From positions 496,001 through 560,000 of the forward strand of contig JAHLTZ010000008.1 of NCBI GenBank assembly GCA_025786725.1: a stretch of 64,000 nt of DNA. Direction: 5' to 3'. A program made the position numbers and the translations under genes. Below, in pieces: positions 40,848 through 54,344 of this stretch (its first letter is position 1; each line of letters starts with the position of its first letter). The stretch comes from Syncephalis fuscata S228. Taxonomy: Eukaryota > Fungi > Zoopagomycota. Below the pieces are notes generated by a model, which saw only the letters and a program-made list of their open reading frames with translations, searched no databases and was not told the DNA's origin.

Positions 40848-41131
40848 ATACATAACTTCCTCTTTGCCACCACTGCCACTTTGTTTATTTAACTAACACA
40901 ATTAAAGTGCGCAATAATACCAGCTAACACTTGGCTGGATAAAAAACCAAATGAATACATATTCCCACCAGTTGGAAAACCACGTCAAGTGATAGCATTA
41001 ACAGCAATACATAGTACTACTATTGATACTTGTACCAATGAAGGCGATAATTGGTATTGTAAACCACATGCAAAAATGATGGCGAATGATGAAAAGTGCA
41101 ATCCAAATATATTTGTCGTCCCGATACCAAT
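40848..41131 (+). pseudogene. Possible decayed small secreted Cys-containing protein gene
   Basis: One frame reads (I)HNFLFATTATLFI*LTQLKCAIIPANTWLDKK..CTNEGDNWYCKPH..KCNP..FE*. It has a signal-peptide-like start lacking ATG and one internal stop. Confidence 0.3.
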
Positions 41132-43338
41132 GTTTGAATGACTATAACAAATGTTTGTTAGTATTGTTTAGTATTTATAAAGTGCCTACACCTAATTGAT
41201 TGTTGTTTGTGTATAGTTTATAGTGTACATATAGCATGGTTGTTTTGTTGTTTGGATATTGTTATTAGTTGTTATACAATAAATAAATTAAAATGTTGTT
41301 GAAAGTTGCTAATCAAGATAGCATTTAATATAGAAACTATGCGTCCACCTGGAGTACCGACAGTACTACGACTTGGGCGTAAGTAACATTTGTCAGATGC
41401 ACATAGCTTATATTAATCACCATCAGGATGATGATGTTGTTTAATATTGTTATAATATAATGTAGTAATTCAAGTGGAGCAATAAGCAGCACTAAACTAC
41501 GGATTCACCCATTTGTAGTTAGTGTGTAAAGCCAACACATATGAGTACTACAACATACTACAACTAAACAACACATGTCATATGCTGATATGTCATTATG
41601 AGATCACAATATAGTGCAGTCTTTGCCACGTTGTAACCAGCCGCAGAATACCATTTAACGTTCGGTTGCTAAACCTATAGAGATTCACTACCTTTGCACA
41701 CTTTACGACGGCGGTAGAGCATTAAAAGATATTTGAGACCGCTACTATACTGTGATTCATTCAACAACACCCACAAGTAAACAGTATAATATATGTCCAT
41801 CTATTACGGGCATTCACATATCACACCAATCTAGTGCGTGATGACAGTGTTCAGCAAGTTGAACACTACCAACACACCTCCAGCGCGCGTTACAAACAGG
41901 TGAGCACTAACATATGGCCACCCATCACAGGTCGCCGCATCCACATGAGGGAAACACACAGCAATAACTGGCTTGCTAAATACTGTTACTGCGCGCTCTA
42001 GCCTTTACAGGAGGGAGCATAGAGCAGTATTAATCTAATACTGTGCGCCCTAGCGTCCCCCGTGAGAGAGCGTGCAGCAACACCGACTTATGTCCTATTA
42101 CTGCACGCTCCAGCATCCCACATGTCTCCGCACTACACTAGTATACAGCCGCCTATTACGGGCAGCCATATAATTGTTGAGCCAGTATAATACAATAATC
42201 TGCAAATACTGTATTGCACATTCAACACAGCTCACAAGTAAGAACACAGTATATCGTGATCAACCAACAAGGGATCACACACCACTAGATGTGACTACTA
42301 GATTTAATGCTAACCATTAACAAGCGGTTTACAGCACATTAACAACTAGAAACAGAAGAAGGCGAGGTAATGAGCAAAAGTAATCTCAACACAGCCTTAT
42401 AAAATTGCCCCAAAACATATCTACCAATTAAAATGGACAATATTGGTAAATAGTATGTGGCAACTGTTCATTGGCGTATTGCAACTGACTGAAACCTTCT
42501 AATGTCAGATACCATCTTATCAGTAAATTGGATTATAATCCCTTCCTTATTTCCATATTTGATCACTTTTTGCCTTCCATTTGCCGGTCATTTCCGCGCA
42601 TAATCAGCATATCTACACTGGCTAGTTGAATCAATTGGCTAATACAACTGAAACATAGCCAAATGCGACCATTCTTAATCAGTTGTACCACTATAATAGC
42701 GGCTCTTTCCGATGCTATCAATATTTTCAGGGTCTAGCGGGTATTTTCACTTTCCCCAAGTATTCTTGCCATTCGCACACAATTAAATCAGTCGATCCAC
42801 ACAATTTATTACTGTATTAGTTAAATAAAAATGACTACTTTTCTTTAGAAATATGGTCTATAACATAATTCACCGATTGAGTTTCAATGCTACTAAATAG
42901 AAATAAAATACACGTTGTTCATATTACATTACAAAGTCCGTTAAAGTTATGAAGTAAAAACAGGAATAAACACGTAACCATATCGACTGCAAAGGCCAAC
43001 ATGAAAACTAGTATGATGTGGCACATGCATGCTTAGCCAAGTGACTATATAAAATACCGATATGCACAATAGTTTGCTATACAGCTTAGGACTGAGCTAT
43101 AGCATCAGTAAGCAGAACATACTACAAGTATAATGCTATTAATTGTAAAATAAAATATACTATCGTTATATTATCTTCAATACTGACTGATATTGTATTA
43201 TTGTGTGTCTTTAAATTTATTAATGAAATAACGCGTTGAATCTTTTCACTTTACTTTTATGCTATTACTCTACTTGAACCTTCACTTTCACTTGAAGAAT
43301 TGTTTATTTTCTCATTTGTATTAACGCCTTTATCCATC

Positions 43339-45639
43339 ATGACCTGTTCTAAGGACGAACAAGCTTTTAGTCCGCTACCTAACGCGATCATTTCTACGTC
43401 GCGTTCTGCCACTTCTGCTGCAACTGCAGCTTTTACTGAACTGGCGCCAAGTCTTCTACGTGATGAAGATTTGGCATACTCGAACGTTCCAGATTGCTGG
43501 AATGATTTGAGTACGGAACAGCACGAGTCCACTAAGGCCTGGGTTGAAATTTACGACCCAGACTATGAAGGTACGTCGAACTGATACTGAGTATATATGT
43601 TTAGCTAAATGGTTTTATTTAGGAATTAGATTGGTTGGCACTAAAAAATTCCTCGTTGGATCCATATACAGTGGTAACTATTTAGCGACAATATACATAT
43701 ATCAGAGAACTAAAATTGTGTATGTGTATGTTGCATAGCGACTATCAGTTTAATTCTAAGCTCATGTCTAAGTATTGCTTCCAATTTCTAGTGGTAGGTA
43801 AAATATAGATTTTAATAAGTAAATACTAAGTATGAATTAAAATAGCAATATAACACCATTAATTGCAAGGTAGGCAAATAACTAGTTAAAATTTTTATTA
43901 CTAATCATCAGTTTAGAACACTAAACTGTCAGTGCTAATAGGTTAGTTCAAATAAAGAGTAATGAGTAAACTGTTAACATTTAGTTTAGTCAATGGTGTT
44001 GAGCTGCGCGCTGGTGAATCCACGCGAGTTGCCGGGGATTGTCTTATTGAAATCCCTGGCAGTGACAGTAAGTAATAGTCATATAGTATTATCATTTCTA
44101 ACAATTTATAACAGCTGTATTTATCGTTTATTTAATTAAATACACTGCACCTGCCCTGATCGAGAATAGCTCTCTTTTTCGACAGGTAAGTTTACAAATA
44201 TAGTTAAATAGTGCTAACATACCACGTTTATTATTATTACAGAGAGTTGGTTCGCGCTATATGATTACTGCAGAAATCATTGGACGGTAAGTATTTGAAT
44301 TAAGCAAACTAGTTAAATAACTAATCAATTGTTTGCAATAGGGGCGCTTTTGGTACCGTTCGTTTGGGGCGGGACCGTAGGACGCGCGAGCGCGTCGCGG
44401 TCAAAATTTCGTCAGCTGTTGGTAGTATCCGCAGCTTTAAAAACGAAGTTGCCGCTATGAAACGTGTGGGCAACCACCCACGCGTTATAAAGATGTTGGG
44501 AAACGAAATTACCCCCACCAATACGTACTTAATTCTTCAGTACGTGGCGGGTGGTAATTTAGAACATTATATCCAGCATCACAAGTTGCTTCCAGAGATG
44601 GAAATAAAAAATATCTTTAAACAATTGCTTGAAGGAATTGAGGTAATATTATTACTATAAAATATTAATTAAACACTAACGCTTTATTAGTTCCTTCACA
44701 GTAAAAACATTATCCATCGAGGTAAGGCATTAATGTATTTATTAATGCAACTACTAATTGTCGTTATTATTGCTATTACTATTATTAATAGATATCAAAG
44801 TAAGCAGTTTATTTAATATTATAATCACTATTAACATCTAAATAGCCTAGCAACATTTTAATGCTAGAGGGTCGGGAGGACGTCAAAGTCGTTTACACCG
44901 ACTTTGGGCTAGCGCATATCTTGCGCTCGTCCTCAGCTGTGTACACTTGTGGTGGCACAGTTTCCTACATGGCACCAGAGGTGCTATTTGGGACCGACAA
45001 GCGCGAGTCTTTGCTTTCGATCATAAGCAAAGACCCACTTCTCAAAAGTCGGTTAACTCCAGCATTGCTGGGTGCCGATGGCTGTGGGAAGCCGGCCGAC
45101 ATGTGGAGTCTAGGGGCGACTCTATACGAAATGTTTTTCGGTAAGTGCAAACAAAACCAAAGCGCAATACTAACTATCATATACCAATCTTTAGACAATT
45201 GCCCCTACGGCTACACTGGCATTGTGGAGAGGTACATGAAGAAGGTACTTCAATCTTCGGTTACGTTTGGCTGCGGACAAGCAAACGAGCCAAGTGAACA
45301 AGGTAAGTTAAACATGTCTTTATTAACCATAACTAATATTTCGCAGCTGTTCACTTAATGAAGCAGTTGCTGGATGTCAACAGTGACATTCGGCCTACAG
45401 CCGAGCAGGCGCAGGTCTGTTCCTGGTTTACTGGCGAAGTAGCGCCAGTGGTGCCAGCAGCAACAGTGGCAACAGCCGTGGAGGCGGCACCAGTTGCGAA
45501 AAAGCAACGGCAGCTGGTACCAAAACCTTCACGACAACAACCAAATTGTCCGCGCCCTATCAAGCCGAAGGTGCAAGCTACGGCGAAGCGCGTGCAGCCT
45601 TTCCGACAGGCCCGCCTCAAAAAATATCCATTTTATTAA
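43339..45639 (+). CDS. Ser/Thr kinase with probable N-terminal FHA domain (Chk2/Dun1/Mek1-like), very intron-dense
   Basis: Spliced IGRGAFGTVR, VAVK, HRDIKPSN (built with an 8-nt exon), DFGLA, GTVSYMAPE, DMWSLG, RPTAEQ. Upstream short exons include LVNGVELRAG, typical of FHA. Confidence 0.8.
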
Positions 45640-45828
45640 AAGGTAAGTACTCATTAGCAATCAAACAAACCATTATACTAATCATTTTAAATATTTAGAC
45701 GGCTGTATATTTTCTGTTGGTCAATTACTTGTCTATTATGAATCAGTATTGTAATTCTTTTTTATTTAGTATATAAACCATTGTTCTACTTTATACAATG
45801 CAATAAAAATAACATGTTTCATTTTAAT

Positions 45829-46080
45829 GGTTTTTGGTGTCAAATGACTTTTATTCTTTTAATACATTCGCCATTATACTGAATATATATTCTATAATAA
45901 TGAGTGTTTTTTGGGTGTAAATGACTTATTATATTTTATTATATTTGTTAGTATACTGAATATATGTTCTATGATAATGAGTAGTTTTGGTGTCAAATGA
46001 CTTTTATTCTTAATGCATTATTGCTTTACTTGTTGTTCTATGATGTACGACATGTTGGGTAGATTGACTTTTATTATTTC
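45829..46080. repeat. Degenerate ~78-bp tandem repeat (3-4 units)
   Basis: Repeated tttggtgtcaaatgacttttatt...tactgaatatat.ttctat.ataatgagt. Confidence 0.75.
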
Positions 46081-46879
46081 ACACTCCATTTATTAATGAA
46101 TTAAACTCGGCTGTTTATAAATATTGACTGACAGGCTCACATCTCACAATCTACGTCATCACATCTCTTTTTCTCTTTCTTCACACTTGATAGCATATAT
46201 CCATTGCATATACTTGTACACTCCATATATACCATCTAAATAGTGTCAGTAGTTGACTGACTACTAGTTATGTACAAACACTATTTACACTATGTACTTG
46301 CATTGCTCTTTTGTAATCTGACCTTCATTACTCCGATCATTGCTTTTGGCAACTTTATTGACACGATAAGTGCATTTCTGGTTTTGTTTTTACGTTATTC
46401 TGAATATATTCTGTAAAATCTCATTTTATGCTTTATTTTTGCTATGAATCGTCATTACAGATCATTTGGTAATAGCATATGTAATCTCAGCAGTAACAGT
46501 GTGATCTGTTACTACCGAGACGAACAAACTGCTGTTAGTACAACCTGCAGTGGTGATTTATAGCTGACCGGAATATAGATGAATTTGACAGCATATAGCC
46601 ATTACAGTAATTGTGTATAGCTGCTGTGCATATACAACAGTAGCAATACGAAAACACTGCTAGTATAGCCGTTGAACAAGTTTTTAGCGCCAATACAGCA
46701 GTGCGGTATACCACTATTACTACTGTTGTATGTGCAAAGTTACCGGCATGATAAATGCGCTGTCTATGTACTAGTGGCTTTCTAGCAATATAATAATATA
46801 TAATAATAAATATACAATTAAAATGATATAGGTGGATACTGGATATATGCATATTGGATAATGAATCTATGATGATAAG

Positions 46880-47015
46880 TATTTGAGGATTGATGTCATT
46901 CACCGCCTATCGTCATGTTCAATAGAAAGAAAGTTTAACTTAAATCTATGAACTTTATTAAATTTAGCCATTTGACCATCAAATTATAATAAATGGCTAG
47001 TAAATTGTTTTTATT
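46880..47015. repeat. Dispersed ~150-bp repeat, copy 5
   Basis: ttgatgtcattcaccgcctatcgtcatgttcaatag...tagccatttgaccatcaaattataataaatggcta. Confidence 0.65.
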
Positions 47016-47174
47016 TACATATTAAATATGTAGCATAGAATGCTTTAGAAGCAGTATGCTAAATAAACATTTCGTACAATAATAAGCATACATTAATTCG
47101 AATGTGTCTAAATAATTTATTTACAACCATCATCATTTTTAAACAACGCTATAAATGTACATATATCAAGCAAA

Positions 47175-48988
47175 CTAACTTAATCGAGCATAAGTACGAG
47201 GCAATGGATCAGCCATCATAGTTATTGGAGATGCGGAAGATGAAGAGATGGTTGTTGATGCGGTGAACAATCGAGAACGAGGACGAGACGATAGTGTAGG
47301 CAATCCCGATCGACGGTTCTCTAAACTGCGCTTCTTTATCATCGCTGCATTGACATCAGCACCGGTATTGAAACGAGATGGAGAGGATGATGGCGGTGCA
47401 ATAAAACGTGGTGTCTCTACAATAGGTGGGAGCACATTAGTGGTATTGGCCGTCATCATTTCTCTTGAATCTCTAGCCTGTAGTTGTCGACGGGCTGATT
47501 TAACCGGTAGTGTAGGTGGTGTCGTCGGTGTCCTTGGTGAAGCTGGTCCACTTGAAGAAGTATCGGATGACGATCAAACAATGTCATATTGACCGGCAGC
47601 GACACTGGTCTCTCCATGATAGCACTACTGCGTAGACGAGCAATATACAGTTGACGACCACTCTCATCCTCTTCCCATGACTTTTTAACCTGAGCCATAC
47701 GATGACGTATATTCTCCAACATATTAGTAAGTCGATCATGGCGAGCTCGAATACTAAATAAATAATGTTAATATTAGTAAATGTCTATTAATTACTCTAT
47801 TAATATCTTACCTGGTCAACAGTTGATTCGTGCTATCATCCTCCTCTTCCTCTTCAAGTATCAACTTTTCTGAGATCGATTGATTTGATTGGTGTCGTCG
47901 ATGTGACATAGATGGCCGAATAGGCGGCGATGTCATAGTTGACGTATAAGCATCAGCACTTGAGTAACGACGATTTAATACGGGCGCTACAGCACATGAA
48001 TGAATAATTTCTTCAGTCTTCTTCTCTTCGTCCATCGATGTAGCAACAGTTACTGGTGATGCACCAATGGATGCCATTGTTGGAATACGAGATGTGGATG
48101 ATTTGCGAGCAATTCTTGAAGTAGTTGAAGAAGAAGCAGATGAATCAGTCAATATCGCACTATTTCTATAACTCGGCAACGATCCAGCCGATCGGTTAGA
48201 CGATAATCGACGGGTAACTGGTATACTAGACGATGAAGATAGCGACGATGAAGATGAAGCCGATGAAACAAGCGATTCGCATGATCTACTGGAGGATGCC
48301 GATAAAGAAGGTGTACGCGACAATGAACTGGATAGAGCAGCTCCTGTTATATCATCAGTGACCACAGAGTTGTATGATTGGCGTATGCCAGAAATAGAGT
48401 GCGAATGATTACCGCCGAGCACCGTCACGCCATTGCTGTAACGTGCATTGACACGTTCATGTAACCGGATGCGGGATGCAGGTGCAGCAATATTTGTCGT
48501 CATGTGAGGTTTGACGGGAAAATTCCGCTGTTTCCCGTAGATCTTGCCCGTATGATTACGGCCTTGTCCTAATGCCAATTCTTTATCAGCAAAAATGGTA
48601 GGTGGCAGTGCTGGTGGTAATGGTGCCTGCTTTAATGGCTGTACATCATAGTTGACGGGTTTGAATAGTTCGTCCATTGAAGTAATGGCCTTTGGACGAT
48701 CTAATGATCCACTTGGTCTACGAATATGTGTGCTGGCGTAATTGAGTAATTTTGACGATAGCAGAATGGGCGAGGACTCTTCAGTATCTTCTGCATCATC
48801 CTCGTTGTCACTGGAAATGGCCGGCATTGGATCTTGTTCCAAATACTCTGATGCATCCACCATATCTATAAAGAGTTAATGGCTACTTAATAAAGACATA
48901 TAAATTACTTACCCGAGTAACGTTGTACAGGCGAAGGTTGTCGCAAGTTACTGAAAGATAATGCCCATTTCCTATCCGTACAGTCCAT
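47175..48988 (-). CDS. Ser-rich low-complexity hypothetical protein (3 exons; frameshift near 47575)
   Basis: ATG 48988 MDCTDRKWALSF, introns near 48912-48869 and 47811-47755, 351-aa open exon. No recognisable domain. Confidence 0.65.
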
Positions 48989-50619
48989 AATGGTGATGTT
49001 GATGATAATGAGACGTACAATAAAGTAAACACAAAAAGAAAACGGATAATTGACAATGGATCAAATAATATAAATGTTATGAATTTTTCGTATAATATCG
49101 GATAGATAGTAGTGGATAGAAGAATGTCGTAATATAAAATAACGGCTATTGAATAGCAACGCTTAACAAAGAGAAATGTGAATATTTAAATGCCCTTGGG
49201 TGATATGCCAAGGCCAACAGAGATAAAATAAAAAGTAACTGGCTACCAGTCTATAATAGAATAGAGCTGTGTATGTATAGATCGATGGGTAGATAAAAGA
49301 TAAAAAGGTATATGAGCGCAGTATATATATATATATAGAGTATGTGGAAGGTTAATACACCCAAAGTATAAGATGTACAATAACAGATGCACGAGCGCTT
49401 TCAAAAGTATCAAACAAGATAGTAACACAGTTCAGAGCAAAGTACTACTGGAAAGTAAACGGCAAAAATAACGCAATAATGAATAGAAGCGTCGATAATA
49501 ATGATATATGATAATGACGACGAGAATAACAATAAGCAAATAGATCAAATGTGGCAACAGGTCAACAGTTTCCAGAGCAAATAGTTGAAAATGAATATCG
49601 ACGCAAAAAAGCAAAGACGAAGACGAAGATAGAAGGCCGTGCTGGACTAGAATCAACGCAAGTATTTTAAAGAGAGGCAAGGAGAGGAATCGTCGTCGTA
49701 GTAATAGTGATGGTGGTGGAAATAGTGGAATCGTAGGCGTGGTAGCCAAGCATGGTACTGCTTTTATTAGTTTAGTTTTGCCCTGTCAATACTGGTTCTG
49801 GTTCTGGTTACAACGAGCAAATGAGCGAATGATGGGTTCCCGCGCCTTGTGGCGGAGCGTGCACTCGTTTATCAGTCACTAAAGTCCGACGCTACCCATT
49901 AGGTGGCTGGGTGGCTGGATGATTAAAAGAGCGACAACGGGTATTGAATTTGGAGGTCAACGTGGTCCAGTCCATGTGAGCACAATGATAAGTGTGCATG
50001 CCATTGTTGCTGTCGATAGCTAATAACGGCCAGCCAGTATTGCCACTAACACTGTATCACCATCACTTGGCTGACGATGTATTACTAGTTTGTGTAGTGT
50101 GTAGTGTGCGTATGTGTATGTGTATGTATGTATTGACGTGCATGGGGATTTGTTAATGATCATTTGTTCGTGGCATGCTATGGTTGTACATGCGAAGGCC
50201 TTGATGTTGACGTGGATTCATTGCCGTGTAACAGATTTGTATAATATTATTGAATTAAATAGTATTGAATTAAACATATAATAGATATAATAGGTATAAT
50301 ATATAATGTAATTTACATACTTTATTATTAATAAACAATTGGTTATTTTATTACGATAACATAGTAAAGAGCGTTTATTTATTTCTCCTCGTTTAACTAA
50401 ATAATACATCTAGTCTCTTGAACATCCCTCTAGTCGATCAGAGCAACCTTTGCTCCGGTACTAATTATTGTACGCAATATTACCTGTTATACCTATTGCT
50501 ACTACGAGAACAAGTACTAGGCCATGTGGGTTGAGGTGATCGTCGTACAATCGACTTGACCATTCTTTTTGTTCACATTTTTTCTCTCTCTCTCTCCCTT
50601 CCCTTTTAATTTCTATGCC

Positions 50620-52794
50620 ATGATCCATTCAACACCACCACCATTGACACCTGAATGGACACGTGCTTGTTTGGCGAGTGTGACGGCCAATGCGGCAGTA
50701 TTTCGACAAGTAATAGTTAGTAACTGGCCTATTTGTTTGTTTGTTTGTTACTGAATGACTTTACTTGTTATGACCACGTCACGTATCCAATATTCGGAAA
50801 CGAATTATTGTTATTACCATTATTACCACTATTATTGAACATCTATAGGATCGATGGATTGCTGAACCTGAACTCATTATTCCTCCAGTACGGGGTTGTG
50901 AAATACTTTCCGATAATAATAATGAAAATGACGCATGTCAAATAACCGATGAAATGGATGCCACGCTTCGTAAACGTGTCCGACGGCGTTTACTTCCCAA
51001 ACGACTCGACAAAGATGCCCCCCTTATTGAATGTATCGAGATACGCGTGATAGGACCCGAGTATACAGGTAAGCATGCATCGCGGTAAAGCCAATTTATT
51101 TTTAATCCTAATCCTAATATTATATACTTGTAATTATTATTAGGCGGGCCGGTACAGACACGCGCTGAATTCAGACCTGAATTTGAATCCATAGTATCGG
51201 CCACCATGCTTCCCTTCTATTATCCGAAGGTAAATACCAAAAGGGTCAAGCGTGTGTATATGCTGTATGGACCCTCCTTGTACACGTGCCTAATTGAGTT
51301 GTAGGTTCGCGCATTCGCATTTGTATTAGAACAGCCACAGCATGAACCGCCAGACCGCGGAGTTACTAGTGGCAATAGCAACGATAATACTTATAAATTG
51401 GATGAGAACGTAATGCACCTGCTGAGTTTAACTGTAGCCAGTTGAAATAACTCAGCCATCGTTGGAAGATGGATGATCAACCAGTCAATTTGTGGATTGA
51501 ATATTTGCCATTGCCTGATGCAAATAGCGTGATTGATAAATCCGTAAGTTCTTTATTCATGCTACTTCTAATAGTAGCAATAATGATAACAGCGCTAATT
51601 ATAGTCGGTGAATGAATATCATGGAATATTGATAGGCAAGTGTATGGCCCCAGCTATTAACACGGCTCCGTAAATGGTGCCATAATACTATGATAGGCTA
51701 TCAGAAACGCTCGTGTCACGACCAGCTCGTATCTAAAGAAGTGTATTTGGCCATGTATGCCCAACTCAAGGCAAAGTATGCCAAGTATTGGGTTCAGCAC
51801 TGGCCGGAGAAAACGGACCCTCGGAAATTTGTATTTGAGGATATTGCTATTGCCGCGTGGCTACTATGTTTATGGCAAGAGGAAGAAAAATCATCTTTAG
51901 AAAACCGGTTAGCTAGCATCTGTTAAATAGTCTATATACTACATCTAATGCCTTTCATTGATTGATTATTAGACGACCTACGTTTATTGATCTAGGCTGT
52001 GGCAATGGATTGTTAACTCATTTGCTAACAAGTGAGGGATATTCGGGCATAGGTATTGACTTGGCAGATCGTGGTGTATGGCAACAGTATGGCAGTGCCA
52101 CACAATTAGCCACATGTGCACTATTACCAAACGAGGTGCGGTTTAATACAGCGGCAAAGGATGGACAAAGGATGGATCAGCAAGATCCGTGGTCTATGCT
52201 GGATCGCGTGGATTGGATTATCGGTAATCATGCGGATGAATTAGTGCCATGGCAAGTATGAATAGATATAGTGAACTATCAATTTACACATGGCCAATTA
52301 ATGTAGGATTCCTATTATTGCTGCTCGTTCAGGATATTCGCCAAAGTAAATGAGAATTGGTTATTCAATTATGATTGATGCTAATAAGAGTGTAGATTTG
52401 CTATTATTCCTTGTTGTTTCTATACGCTAGATGGTCAACGACGATTACCAAAATTACCTGGACTAAGCCGTTATTTATCCTATCAACGCTATTTAGAAGA
52501 CATTATAACTACTTGTGGCTATGTAATTGAAAGGGATCAGTTACGTATTCCATCCACCAAAAATATAGCTTATGTTGGACGGCGACGTACATTTACACCT
52601 GGTAAATACATGAATTGTTTAAATGGTTTATTTATTAATCCATATGTATAGGTGATCCATTGGCGACTACTATTCAAGATAATATTGATAGATTGGCTCA
52701 TCAAGGCGATACATTTAAAGTACGAGCTACAGATCGTGCCAAAGAAGCAATGCGTCGAGAGAAACAAGAAGAGCGTCGTTATCACAAAGAGTAG
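50620..52794 (+). CDS. TRM44: tRNA (uracil-44 2'-O)-methyltransferase, multi-exon
   Basis: PFYYPKV, WPEKTDPRKFVFEDIAIAAWL, FIDLGCGNGLL..L..EGY.G.GID, IIGNHADELVPW, IPCCF, LRIPSTKN. Start position is approximate. Confidence 0.88.
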
Positions 52795-53045
52795 ATTAAA
52801 ATCTTTAATTACAAAAATGTAATTATAATAATAATAATAATAATAATTAATATTGATCATAATTTACGATGAAATAGCAAACAAATCATTTAACCTTTTA
52901 CGGGAAACTGTTCTTTTTGACCCGAACACTTCCGAACAGATAAAAGACGTTCGTCATCCCTTAAATAACACTTTTACAACTACTACCTACTATCTATATT
53001 GCTTGCTCTACTTTGCGTTTATTCATTTTGGTTATACCGGTTAAC

Positions 53046-54344
53046 ATGTCGTTTTCACGAGCAGTAGTTAACTCACTTAGGACGGCACGTCCAAACACGC
53101 GTCTCTCCTCGATTACGGTACGTTATGTCATTTGATGTTTGAATAGACGATTGCTCGTATAACATACGATGATGTCTATTGGATGACGCAATTACCGACC
53201 AATATGGCCACTTGCTTACTATGGTCTTTATTTATTCTACAGATGCGTGGCATTCAAACATCGGTGCAAACATCGATGGCCAAGGAGGCCGATGCATCTA
53301 CTGGCAAACCAGTGTTACTAAAGAAATTTGAAATCTATCGCTGGGTAAGCAATTAATAACAAATACACCGTTACCATGTCACACTGATATACAGTAATAA
53401 CAATAACAACAACATTTATATTTGTGTTAATAATAGGATCCAGAACAGCCTAGTGAAAAGCCACATTTGCAAACTTATCAAGTAGATATCAATCAATGCG
53501 GTCCTATGGTATTGGATGCGCTTATTAAGATTAAGAATGAAATCGATCCATCATTGACCTTCCGTCGTTCTTGCCGTGAAGGTATCTATAGGCCTTATTA
53601 CTTGCTAGATAGATATACTAAATGTATTTGATGATAGGTATTTGTGGTTCATGTGCCATGAATATTGGTGGTGGCAATACACTGGCCTGTACTGCTCGTA
53701 TTGACCGTGATGCAGGCAAATCGCTAAAGATCTATCCATTGCCTCATATGTACGTCATTAAGGATTTGGTGCCAGATTTGACCAATTTCTATCGCCAATA
53801 TGCATTTATTGAGCCATATTTGCAACAACGAGACCCACCTAAGGATGGCAAAGAAAACCTGCAATCGATTGAAGAGCGAAAGAAGTTGGTAAGCGTTATT
53901 GATGAATAACAGCTAAAGAGAGGATAGCTAATGTAAATTGTTTATTAGGATGGTCTATATGAATGTATCTTGTGTGCGTGCTGTTCTACTTCATGTATGT
54001 CCTATTGGTGGAATCAGGACAAGTACCTTGGACCAGCTGCCTTGCTGCAAGCTTACCGCTGGCAGGCGGATAGTCGTGTATGTATATTTTAGATACAGTA
54101 AGCTGTATGCTTGAATCTAATGATTTCTTTACTATTAGGATCAATTTGGTCCTGAACGCCGTGCCAAATTGCAAGGTCCCTTCAGCGTATACCGTTGCCA
54201 TACCATCATGAGTAAGTATTAGCTAACAGATAGATAGATAGATATGATTATTAACTGCTATTAGACTGTACTCGTACTTGTCCAAAGGGTTTAAATCCTG
54301 GCTTGGCTATTGCCAAGATCAAGAAGGCCATGGCTTCGGAATAG
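53046..54344 (+). CDS. SDH2: Succinate dehydrogenase iron-sulfur subunit, 7 exons
   Basis: Presequence [15 protein letters not shown]. Motifs [67 protein letters not shown]. Confidence 0.97.
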
